From Auanema rhodensis (lineage: Eukaryota; Animalia; Nematoda): 64,000 nt of DNA. Positions within the stretch are counted from its first letter, which is position 1; each line of letters begins with the position of its first letter. The stretch covers positions 7,316,001 through 7,380,000 of the forward strand of contig OZ059895.1 in assembly GCA_964057225.1 (NCBI GenBank), in the 5' to 3' direction. The notes under the pieces are model-generated. The model was not told the DNA's origin. It saw only the letters and a program-made list of their open reading frames with translations, and ran no database searches. Shown here piece by piece: positions 1 to 12,024 of the stretch. Both the position numbers and the translations under genes were made by a program.

Positions 1-36
1 GCACAGGATATACATAACTTTCTGTTTTTTCTCCAT
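1..36 (-). CDS. Probable first coding exon of a minus-strand gene running off the left edge (MEKKQKVMYILC...), possibly a tandem MFS paralogue
   Basis: On the minus strand a TTTCAG acceptor (50-45) is followed 8 nt later by ATG at 36, open to the window edge. The basic-then-hydrophobic start ending in ILC resembles the start of the neighbouring MFS gene (MNKRERL...LLLIC). Confidence 0.45.
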   Translation of the reverse strand, partial: MEKKQKVMYILC

Positions 37-798
37 ACCCTTGTCTGAAAGTTTAATAGGACATATTTGAGAAATACAGTAAAAACATGCGGAGAAATAA
101 TAATATTAACAAATCAGTGGTTGAAAAAACTAAGAAATATAGTATTATAAGAAATTTATATAGTAGAGTAATGCAAATTATTATAAAAGTTAGGTATAAA
201 TCAATTTGTGGAATGAATAAACATAGTGAGAAAAGACGAGCATAGTCAAGAGATGGCGTGTAGCAAAGAGTCCGCCTTCCTTGCCCTGTCGGCCTATTTT
301 CACTTTCTCATCCAGCCCCTTCTTGCATCCGTTGACCAGATACAGGTTTCGTCGCGCCTTTTTCATCGGACCAATGCCTCTTTTTACAGTTTCAACATAT
401 CTGCGTTTATCTATTTTCAGTTGTATTTCAAATACCACCTTCTTCAACAGATTGAAGGTACGCTATCCGCTTGAAGATATGCGAGGTGGTGACGATGTTA
501 AAGGGGCCTATAGCTGGACGAACATCTTCCCAATCATACACGAGGAAGCTTATTGATGATCTTCTTTTTTGTCTGTATCTCTAAGAGTGTTCATTATATC
601 GCTAGTGATAATGGCCTTGTTGTTCGCTTAGTCGTCTGTAATTCGAATCCAATTCGTCATTTTGAGGCGTTGAAACAGTAGTATGACGTTGTCGGGTGGA
701 CAATGTCCAGATCGGTGTTCATGCAATCAGTACTTTTTACCAAAATCAAATTAATAATTGTAAATTGTTTTTATTTAGAACGTTAACAACAACTAATT

Positions 799-2944
799 TT
801 AATCAAGTTTTCCACTGATAGGCAAGCTGGCAGCATGAGCCTTCATGAAAACGCAGTATTTTTTCAAAATGGGAACAGCTGCTAGAGATACGGCCGCACT
901 AACGTAACATAGAATTGATGTCTCATCTCTCTCCACGTAGTATCTGAAAAGCGATAGGATTAGTGGATAAGGAGAGACGTTATTGGTTGATTGGGTTTCA
1001 TTCGGTCTGGTTCTCTTGTCTTTCATCTTGTTTCTTGCTTTTGCATCACTTACCCAGTAAGAAGAGGTACCATAGTCATAGCCAACATATGCGACATCCG
1101 AATGAGAGCTGACACTTTTCCGGCATCGTTCTTTCCAACAGTGCTTATGATTTGAGAAGACAGTTCTCCTATACAAACAGATACACCAATCACCTAAAAA
1201 CGTTCAATGTTGTTGTTAATTGATGTTGTATGTCAGTGTTCTCTTTGGTACAAGAAAGATGTATTGGTCAACTGTACGTACTTGAATCGGCATTCCAATG
1301 AAAAGACCTACGTGTGAGGTCATTGTAGATAAGTATAAGTACGAAGATGCAAGAAGTATAAAGGAGCCCATTAGAACATGCTGTGGACCAACACGAGCCT
1401 GTATGAACGGTACCATCCATGCATTTCCGATAAAAGATGCTCCACCAAGTATCAAAAACTATAAAAGCATAGACTTGAAATATATTGTTAAAGATAATCT
1501 AGCTATTCTCTAGTTTCTAATGTTGTCTAATTCTCTTGTAGCTTCAATAGAATTTCTAATATGATCAGCTATATGTTTGTATTTGAACGAGATAGCTAGC
1601 ACGTTTGCTAACATCACCAATACTATAGTCTTTTTCCAGTTCTCAGCTTAACGCTATTAGTTGGGAAGGAACCGATTGATGTAGATAAGAAAGAACTATT
1701 TCGACTCTTCGAGATGAACAAAATGACAGTAAGAAATACCAGTTTGGTAAGCTGTTGGGGATCGCTGGCTACCGTGGCTGAAAGCGATATCCTAACTACT
1801 TGATCATAAGCACTGTATGGTCCGATAACCATCTAGAAATAGAATTTTCATAGTTAACTATGTAATCGATATATGTATATAATATTTATATTTTATATAT
1901 ATAATTATAAATTTGAGTATTTTCTAATTGTTTTTATGCTATATGAAACGAAGATATATTATTAGCTAACCATTAAAAGGATTAAACACCATTTAGTTTT
2001 TGGATTACGAACTAGCTGCAGATATGGTTCCATCTCAGGTATTCGGAACGGCTTTTCTGAAGAAAAAAAATAAGATTTTCACAATTCAATCATTCAAAGA
2101 TGATACGAACGTGATCTGTTGTCAGGAAGATACATGTATGATAGCGTGATGTTGCCGATGAAATTTATAATTCCACATAGGATTTGAGATGATTCAATTG
2201 AAGATGAGAAATAGTATAAGACCTATTTATAATAAATACAAAAATATATTAATTATGATTATATGCTATACTTGAAGAGCAAAATATGGTCCTAAAGCAA
2301 TTCCAATGCTCATAGGTATGGTTAAGCGATTCAAAAATCTTACTCGCTTTTTGTCATCACCATCTTCACCTTCTAAATGAACAACACACGAATATATAAC
2401 CTATAAATAATAATTTTTCATATTTTATTTGAAATATTTCAATTATACCATTGGTACATGACTGAATGCTAATAGAAGTTGCAATGCTACATACAGCCAA
2501 AAGTTTCTGATTTGGCAGATTAAAATCTGAAATCGAATTATCAAAAAGATATGTACGCTATCCAACTCAAAGAAAAAAAATTTGTTTTTTTTTTTTGCAA
2601 CGAAAGTTGATATCGCTTTCATCTGACCTGGTAAATTGCGGTGACAGTTGTACAAAATAAAGCAGTTCGACGTAAACCTTCCTTTTCAATCTGATGTTTT
2701 TATATTTTAAAATTATATTTTATATGTTTTATTAGCTTACCAGATGAGCAACTATAAATGTTCCTAGTAATATACAAAATGATGAGAAAGCATTAACACA
2801 CAAAAGACTAAAAACTGTTGGTCTTGGAGTTAGAATCCATTGACTAAATGGCAGTAGAACTTTCGTCCATTCTTCACTTGTGTGCCAAAATCCACAGATA
2901 AGTAGTAGACTGCTTTCAAGCCGAAGACGCTCACGCTTGTTCAT
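799..2944 (-). CDS. Major facilitator superfamily transporter (SLC22A18/SLC46-like), multi-exon
   Basis: Spliced exons with GT/AG boundaries give successive hydrophobic helices: MNKRERLRLESSLLLICGFWHTSEEWTKVLLPFSQW..., MVIGPYSAYDQVVR..., LGGASFIGNAWMVPFIQARVGPQHVLMGSFILLA..., VIGVSVCIGELSSQIISTVGKNDAGKVSALIRMSHMLAMTMVPLLTG, and last exon ...SLPISGKLD* (stop at 799). Confidence 0.85.
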
Positions 2945-3068
2945 GGCTTGAAATAAAAACTATATGAAACATACAAAAGTCGAAAATGAATCAAAAATTG
3001 AATTAGATATATATATATAAAGAGAGAAAGAACGATACTGTGTTTAAAAGAATGAGGAGAAAGAGGGA

Positions 3069-3070
<2 letters not shown>

Positions 3071-3103
<33 letters not shown>
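3071..3103. repeat. (GA)n microsatellite upstream of the MFS gene
   Basis: Direct dinucleotide run. Confidence 0.95.
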
Positions 3104-3111
<8 letters not shown>

Positions 3112-6100
3112 AGAGTGAGGGAGATAGAAAGAGAAAGAGAGGAACAGCTTGTGAGGACCATGAAATTTATAGGACAATGCACCATTATATTCCATGTCTG
3201 TCTATGTTTGCTTGTCTCCCACGTGTATCAAATACATTTTCTGTGATTTCATTGAGCTTATAAAGCTTAGGAGAAGCATCTACGAACATATAGAGTACAA
3301 ATGTTGGAAGAGTTCAAATACAAGCAAAACTGTTGGATTGATTCATGCTATAAGAGGAAGAATAGGTTTTTCAATCTGAACTTTCAGCTCTAGTCCTCAT
3401 ATAAAGTATCTAACAGGTTTTATTGACATATAATTCTCATAATTGAATGTTACTCTACTATATTATATATGAAAATGGTATTGAACAATCTAGTTCCATT
3501 ATACGCTTTTCCATGTTCAACACAGGTTCATAACCTTCAACTTACCTCAAGATGAACCCTTTAGATGCATCTTCATTTAATTTTCTAATGATCCATTAAA
3601 AGTTTTAAAAGTTGTTTTATTTTGTAAATTAAAAATAAAATTAGAAGCATTTCTGGTTTTTTATGAGCTACTCGTCTCAATGTTAAGACAGCAGCTATTG
3701 CTTTTTCATGTTCCATCATTTTTGTAATTTATTCTATCATTAAAATAAAAATCTTGTTTTGTTTTAAATCAATAACCAGATTGAGTTGTTACTTTATATT
3801 TTTTCTTGAAATCACATGTTATCGGAAATGACATAAATATGTCATTTTCAATTTTCACGTATAATTAGAACGATCAAATTTATAAATTAATTTGGAAATG
3901 TTAATCCAAATTCTTTTTACCAAGATTACTAATAAATTTTCCTTTCAATTCAAATTCATGCATTCATACCATCATCATTTCTTAGATGTTTGTGTCTGAG
4001 AGCGGTTGCATGTTTCATATTTAGACGAGAAAGATGAGCATCTGAGAAAAGAGAAGATAGAAAATTTCTTCTTTTTATAATAAAATAAATTGAAAATAAT
4101 TATATAAATCATTCAAATGAATATAATAACTATATTTTATATAATCTTAATAATCATAAATAACCATTGATTCATTATTAATGTAATTACATTATAATGA
4201 GTATATCAATCTAAATATACATAATATTATGTAAATTACATCATAATCACAGATATTGATAGATATAAGTTAGATTTGTTGGATTAAAATTAAAAGATAA
4301 TAAGAGAATTAAGTATTTTTACTATATTTGCTTTTTATAGTTTCAATAGTATTAAATGTTATCAACTTTCGTTTAGAATTATCTGTATATCAAAGCATTT
4401 CATGATATCATGGATTACACTTTATATTTTTGAAATTTTGAAGTGGAAATAAGCTGTATTTGTTTATTTTTCTGTTAAAATCCGGTTCATCTAATGCTGA
4501 AACGTTATGAATTATTCTGTTTATTTGTTTGTTATATGTATTTGTCCAAGGCTGCACAGTGAGTGTTAAATTCTTGTGATTTCTCTTTTGAATACTTAAA
4601 GTAATGAACATTTTAAATGTATTTTTCTACATTTACATATATAGATACATTTATAATTATATTTTATATATTATATAATTTTAGATGAATTCACTAGTGC
4701 CACTTCAACATAGATATTAGCACAATGGCATATCGTTTGTACAATAAAATGTAAAAGGTTTGTATAGTTTAAATTATTTTTGTTTTGAGTTATGTTTATG
4801 ATATATTATATTCCTATATGTTATTTTTTAAATTTTTTTTATAAAAATAAACGTCTAACTGAATTCATGATCATGTACATTGCTCACAGACACACACACA
4901 CACACATACACATACATACACACGCACATAGCATTCTTCCTGAGGGGACCGGCTTGTCCCTCCTCTCATTCTGCATACTAGCTCTGTGGGGTTCTCTCTG
5001 TCCCTAACATGCTATTTCCATGTTGCCTTCGACGCTGGCACGTCTGGCTCTTTCCACAATCAGCTGACATTTCGTATGCCAACTTCTGCTACTGCTTAAG
5101 CTTGGCAGGGGAGACCCCCCCCCCTCCGTCCGATCACGTTGCTGCAGCTGTAACGCTTGCAATAGCCCTATACTGAGATGAACCCATCAAAATGAAAAAA
5201 TTCAGATTATAAAGTCAGAAAACTCGACTTTTTCTTGAGAAATCCTCCAACTTATTCATTAAATTATAATTTTATATATTTTTCATCTTCTCGTAAATAT
5301 ATATATATATTTTTTTTTTACAATGTGTTGTTAGTTTCCTTCATACTTTACTACTGCTTACTACTGCTGCTACTGCTATTTCTTCTTTAACTCTCTACTG
5401 CTGCTGTTAGACCATGCTGTTTTTGTTTCTCTGCTGCTGCTCTAGCTTTAAAGCTGGAAACAAATCAATTTTGAGCTCAGTTTCAACCATCCTTAGTTTA
5501 GACTGTTGTTTTCATATTGATGTTATGTAAGTCATATACTTCCCTATTTGAATATTTGAATTTGAACGTTATGATTGCAAAGGCGAAGTTTGTTGATTCA
5601 ATCTTCAGTTCATGAGTACACCAAAAATCAAACAGAATTTGAAGATTATTTTATTGAAAATGTTTATCAAATTGATAAAATCATAAACAATAAATACTTA
5701 ATATCATTACTTAATGTATATTATTCCTTTTGATCGTATGCTTAATGATGGCCATAACATGGCTTTTACTCTTCTTCTTCTTCTTCTTCTTCCTCTTTTG
5801 CTTCTTCTTCTTCTTTCGCTTCTTCTTCATTTATTCTGTTTCTTTCTAATCCTCTCTTATACTCATTGATCTAATATATATGAGGTCAGTTTGATCGTGC
5901 AACCTCCGGCTGTCATTAGATCTCACTGTTGCCATTATATATTCTGTGTATAACCAAATGGTTAGCATCATGTATTTCTTCTAATAAAATGTAAACATTC
6001 TCATCAAATGAGATTATTTTCTCTTTTTAACGCTTTATGATTTCTTTTTCATCATACAAAACCCTAAAATTTCATAACATGTTGATGTAAAAGCCTTTCA

Positions 6101-7758
6101 ATTTATATTTATTACTCTGTCAACTTTACCTACATCGTTTTCACTTCCATACCTTATTGTTATATCAATTCTTATAGATTTAGGTTCTATTTCAATTTTC
6201 ATAGCTCATATATACACCATAGATGATTTTTTTTATTTATACTATGTTGATCGAGACTTTTAGATGATAGACTGGAAGAGCTGTTCTTCCACTTTCATCT
6301 CTTTCACCATCTTCCTTTCTCTCTGCCCTATCTATCTCTTCCTCTAGCTTTCTCTCTCACCAGCATCAGCTGATAAACGTAAAACTCAAGTCTTAATTCC
6401 CGATCTCTTTTTTTCTTTTAAGCTATCTTGTTGATTTTTCTGTTCTCGTCCGTTTTTTCCATGAAACCTGGAGAGAAAAGAAAAGCTGTAGAAATTCAGG
6501 CTATGCTGTATAGCATAACTGAGTGCGAGCGAAGATGACATAAAAACGTTGAAAACGATTGAGAGCGAAAGAGATTGACGGAAGCAAACAAATGGCAAAA
6601 AGAAGAAAACGAAGAAAGCAAAGTCCTCTATAGACAGAGAGGCTTGAGATTCAATGCAGCATGATTTAAACCAAAGTTATAGCTGTAGTTGACTTGTACT
6701 CCTAATTTACCAGTCAACAATCATCGATTATACCTATGTATTGCATCATTCAGTAGTTTTGGATGCGTATTACATGCATTGTCTTTAACAATTACCTTCA
6801 TTAGATTATGATTGCATCAATACGAAGTCACGTGCCTGCATCGATGTTGGCCGAAGCGTCATTTCCATATAGAATATTGTGGGGAATGGTTGTATTTCAT
6901 TGTAATTTTTATTTTTCTTTCTCAATATTCATGTTATTATGTTCCGGGGTATTGTTGATGTTTTCTTACTTCCCTATCATAAGAAATGTTTCATTGTTCC
7001 TCTTCTTATCTCGAATCAAGCCTATTCCAGATATTTGTCAATAATCTTCAAATCTTATAGATAAGCATGAAATAAAAGAAAAAAAAACAATTTGAATAAC
7101 AAATTGGGTTTGATGTCTTTTAAATGTTTTTTGTTGTTTTGTTCTTAATTTTCATACTAAACATGCTTAAGAAGTGAAGGTTGGAGGTAATATTTTTACT
7201 TCTTAAAACGAAAGCAAGCGCTCCACTTGACAAACAACAGTTTTATATGATGATCCTTCAAATGTAACCTATTCTGAATGAATTGGTGAATAAGATGTGT
7301 TTATCTGGTTTGCATCATCCATACCAGTTTGATATGTTTCGTTTATTTTCCATGGCATCAGGTGATGCACATCAGTTTTTGGTTCCGTATTTCAATTTCA
7401 TTTTCAATGAGATTCAATTGAAAATGAAGATTGAAACTTTATATACTTGATATGATGTTTGATTAGATTTGGCAAAAGTCTTAACTGTCGTTGTTCTTGT
7501 TTCAGTTTTTCATTTATGAAATTCTTGCGGGTAATGCGTGTAAATCTGCTGGAGACTAGTATGTCACATGCTCTCGTGCAATTATTCCTGAATTTGTGTG
7601 TGTGTCACAACTACACAATTTAAATTGTAAGAGAGAAAAAGAGAGAAAAAAGAATGTATATATGGCAGATATGGCAAGGTCTGACTATTTGGCGGAACTG
7701 TAATGATTGCAGGAAGTATGGTCTTATGAAGGATAGTGACATAAGAGAAAGAAAAAAA

Positions 7759-7797
<39 letters not shown>

Positions 7798-8679
7798 GCA
7801 AAGTGACGAAGAGAGTTGGTAGACTGTATACAAGCTAGTTTTTCTATAAATGTATATATGTATGAAGTTCTTAACCATATATAGACAGTTTTTTCCTCCA
7901 AGTGATAATGAACTAGTAATCTGTTTTGATCGGTAAAAATGTCCGAAGACTGCTTCAATTCCTGTTGGCAGATAGAAATTAATCATTTGAGAAATATATT
8001 CAAATATAATATTGTAAATCTATGTTTTATATATTTTTTTTCTCTCGAAACCCTTTCACTCAATTTTTGCCCGAAATATCGGCATGTGTACCTCTATTTC
8101 ATTGTGAATGTTTTTAGTTTTAATCAGAATATAGTGTGACATCATGATTGAAATTCAAAATGGTATGAATTCACATTTGTGTTTGTGCAGTTTCTCGGAC
8201 AAAAAAATGAGAAAGAGAAAAGAGGAGAGAGAAAGAGAGAAGGTGAAGAAGAGGAAGAGGAAAAGAAATCTAAATGATTCTTAGTTCATAACAATGCCAA
8301 GAAAGACTGTTCTTTCTCTTTTTTTTCAACAACTACTTCTCTTCTTTTCCTCCTTCACAATCTTTTCATATCTGTTGTTCTTTCTCACCATGTGGCATTC
8401 TAAAACTGAACTTTTCATTTCACTTTGTTTAGAGATTATTATCGTAATATCATACTCTGAAATGAAAACTTTATAATTTAAATTCTTATTAGTTTTTCTT
8501 TCTTTATTAATCTTTAACATGAAGTAATCTCAAATTATTTTAGAAGTTAAATGTTATAACTCGAATTAAAAAAAAAAAGAACAAAAAAAACCTTTCATCA
8601 CTTCATTGGATGTCAAGGCAAATTAATTGGTATTGTTCTTTCTATATGCTCAGAAATATAGAGAGAGAGAGAGAGGGTG

Positions 8680-8696
8680 TGACGTCTTCTTATAAA
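8680..8696 (+). promoter_or_regulatory. Candidate core promoter: CRE-like TGACGTC followed by TATAAA
   Basis: gtgTGACGTCttctTATAAAg, followed by a pyrimidine tract and AG at 8752-8753, then a structured GC-rich island. Confidence 0.35.
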
Positions 8697-8815
8697 GATG
8701 GCGGGAAATTGATGTTAATTCGTCATATGATTTCCTTTTTTTCTTTTTAACAGCTGATGGTCTATAGAAGAAATCGAAAGTGCTTTAGCTTTGAACCTGA
8801 TTCTCGTAAACTTCA

Positions 8816-8967
8816 ATTGTCCTTGTCGAGGTCAACGGCTGATGCCTGAGGGGGCAGATTTCAGTCTGAAGACTCCGTCAAGCATACCGCGCATGGCAGT
8901 TGAACATCGTGCGGCTGTCATCTTCTGGTGCGCTTTGTGAAGTGCCAGTCGTTTGACGATATACAAT
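8816..8967 (+). ncRNA. Candidate structured RNA element (multibranch), family unknown
   Basis: Pairings found by hand: 8837-8842/8861-8866, 8876-8883/8951-8958, 8893-8899/8915-8921, 8925-8931/8942-8948, 8816-8820/8963-8967. Several G-U pairs favour the plus strand. Confidence 0.4.
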
Positions 8968-10538
8968 AATCTTTTTCTTCAATCTGATGCTTTCTTTTGA
9001 ATGTATGATTGTTCTTCTAGAAAACGATATCTGGAGCTTCTCTATCATGTTGAATATACGGCGACCATATGGCTAACATCATCTGCTGTGTTCTGTGGAT
9101 TTTTCATCTAATTAAAGTCTCGGTTGACCTCTATTATCGATACATGTTTGATCACATGTACACAAAGCGTCTATCTTGAGCAGTCCTTCTCTCAATAGCT
9201 GCATCTTTACTATCTTTCTCAAATCATTTCTCTTATTTTTGCATTTTAATTTCATTGTGTTATTCTGCCAAATTACCGTTAAGTTGAAGTCAGTCATTGA
9301 TGACTATTGTGATGTGCTTGTATTGAATTCTGTGACACAAACACACATATTTTCTCTCTCATCTTCAGAAGATGCTATTGAAAAGAGGTTCGTCATCTTC
9401 TTCAATAATGAGTGGAACTATATTAGGTCTTGCCTCCAGCTGATTGTCGTCTTGTCTTCTGCTATAATACATTGCTTCTGTCACCGATTGACTTTCCATG
9501 TTTTTGTAATTGCTTTGATTCTCCTCCCAACAACCAAACCCCCCCCCCCCTTCAGCACCATTAACCATTTTAGTTTAGTTGATCAATTGATAACAATGGC
9601 AGCTTGTTTTTTTGCGTTTTATACAACAAATATGATCAGATTGATAATGTATAGATAGTAAATAGTTTAAGAGATATGTTAAGAGTTGCTAACAGTTTCA
9701 AACCTGCTCTGTAATGTCTGGAAGAGAAAGAAGAAATAGAGACATTTACGATCTATGAAAGATGGCTCTTCATTATCAATTCTTTGTCTTCTATACTTTC
9801 ATCATCAGTGTCATCCTCCTATATATACTGTCAATCATTTCAATCTTCATAACGAAATTCAATCGTATAGACTAGTGAAAGAATGAAGAGCTTTGTTGAA
9901 ACATGCAACCGTTAAGATGAAATGGATGGTCTCACTCATCTTCACTGACCTGTTTGAATTTGAAGGTGCAAATTCTGAGTAAATACTATAGTATTATTCA
10001 ATTAATACACTTTACTATTTTATTTTAATATAAGATTAATCATATAAGATTATCAATAAACTCATTTGACTTATTCAATGAATTGAATCGGCATTTCCTT
10101 TGCCATTATGTCATTTGTGATTTGCCTTAACAGCAATCCTCTCATTCTATCTCTTTCTTTAATCTATTTAACTACAACAACAACTAATATGATGACTACT
10201 ACTCCTTCTCTCTTAGATTTTTCTTCTTTATATTATTATTCAAGCAACAACATATTATAATAGCAGTAGATTGATGCCAGTTATTGGTCATCACATCTCG
10301 CTCGATTATCTCTCTTCTCTTCTCGCACCAGCTTCAGATTCTTATAACAAAGAAAAGTCATATGAGCTGCTGCGGGGGTGTTAGTAAGAGATTTGCTGAT
10401 CAGGCTCCAGGTTACAACCTTTTTCACAATCTCTCTCGCGGTATGTAATCTCTTCTTATCCCTCGCTAACTTTTCCTTTCTTCCGTTCCTTTTTCTACCT
10501 ATGCTTTCGTCATCACTTCACCCTCTCTTTGTGCGAGC

Positions 10539-10564
10539 TATAAAGTATTTCTTCATTCTCCCTT

Positions 10565-10606
<42 letters not shown>

Positions 10607-10647
10607 GCTCTCTCTCTCTCTCTCCCTCTATCTATTTTGGTGTAAGT
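10539..10647 (+). promoter_or_regulatory. Candidate TATA box, CT-rich non-coding first exon and splice donor for the gene at 12025
   Basis: TATAAA at 10539-10544, a CT tract, then consensus donor GTAAGT at 10642-10647; the acceptor TTTTCAG ends at 12022. Confidence 0.4.
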
Positions 10648-11638
10648 GACCTCGCTGCACCTCACTCTCATCAATTTATCCTGTTTTTTTTCTTTCTTTT
10701 CTTTGATTTCTGTTAATTCAAAATTTTGAACTGTAACACGTGATTCTATGCTGAGGATATCTGCAACAAACATACGCCTCCTAAAGCCCGTCTGTTGAGT
10801 TTGTAACATGAACGGACCTCTTTCTCCATATATCGCTTTTCGTCTGCCATTCTGCTCTCACTCTTTCAAGCCATATTTTCTCTTTTTCTTTCGTTCTCTT
10901 CGTTATATTTGGTATATGCATATACATAGATCCAACATTTTTCTTATATTCTTTTCTCTCTTCTGTTATATGAATTTGAGTATCGATCAGGAGCATGTTT
11001 ACTTTTCTTCTGACATAGCTTCTCTAAATATTATCGTCGTCGTTGACTTCATCATAATCGTTGTCATATGCCATATAGCTTGTTCATTTATTTGTTTCAT
11101 ACAATGTAGTTGTTCTCTTTGTAAGATCTCTACATAATTAATCATATGAAAAGTATCTTCAAAGGGAAGGGGTGGACGAGCTGTTGCCTGTTTTCAGCTT
11201 GTTTTGGACTTCTTTTTTTTGTGGAAACGGGCAATCATGCTAGCACGTGGTCGTCTGAATCGAAGCAAGGTCGATGCTGTCTCATAGCTTTTAATCTGCT
11301 TAAAATTAGTGTATTATTTAATCTATCCTATTCTTATGCTTTACGTTTCATGTTCTCTCTCTCTCTTTATCTTTCTCACTTCTTTTTTTTTTGAATTTCC
11401 TTATATTTCCGTCTGAATGTGTGATATCATTCACAAAACAGTTTGATCTATCCCCGTTGTTCTTTTAAAGACATGTCATCCGATGTATGTTGCTAACATA
11501 CCTCCTAGCACGTGAACTATTGTACAAAGACTGGATTCGGCTGTCTTTCAGCTATTATTTCCAAGGACGAGAAGCATAAGAGAAGCATCAAAATGAAAGT
11601 AGTTGAATCAGATACGAGAAAAGTTGGGCAGAGAAGTA

Positions 11639-11642
<4 letters not shown>

Positions 11643-11692
<50 letters not shown>
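11643..11692. repeat. (CT)n microsatellite
   Basis: Direct dinucleotide run. Confidence 0.95.
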
Positions 11693-11700
<8 letters not shown>

Positions 11701-12024
11701 TTCTCCCTGTAAAATACTTAGCACTTGGATACATTTCAGTATCTTTGTAGTTGACGTCTTCTCTCTTCCTATATCTCTTTCTCTCCAAACAGAGAATATC
11801 AGCTGTTGATATTTGCAAAATTCACAGCACAACTATCATTTAAGCATAAAGAATATGCTTTTTACCCTTTGTTTGTTTCTCATATTTTAAACTTTGAAAT
11901 GTGTTAAACAGCAGCATGTAAGATGATCCTACATGCTATTCTTCTTTCAATTTACAATATTTATCTCAATATTTTCATTGTTGTTTTCATTTATTTTATG
12001 ATCTTATTTTCCTATTTTTCAGGA

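Noticed and set aside
190-740. Overlapping ORFs and a possible plus-strand spliced ORF (MACSKESAF...)
   Set aside because: No recognisable protein and no convincing final exon; more likely the upstream region of the minus-strand gene starting at 36
8844-8940. Antizyme-like +1 frameshift or stop readthrough at GCC TGA
   Set aside because: Both the +1 frame and the readthrough frame close within about 30 codons, with no antizyme similarity
9176-9658. 160-aa plus-strand ORF and overlapping minus-strand ORF
   Set aside because: Low-complexity composition, no domain and no coherent splice structure
2941-11832. Many 60-130 aa ORFs containing SLSLSL or ERERER
   Set aside because: Translations of CT/AG microsatellites and pyrimidine tracts
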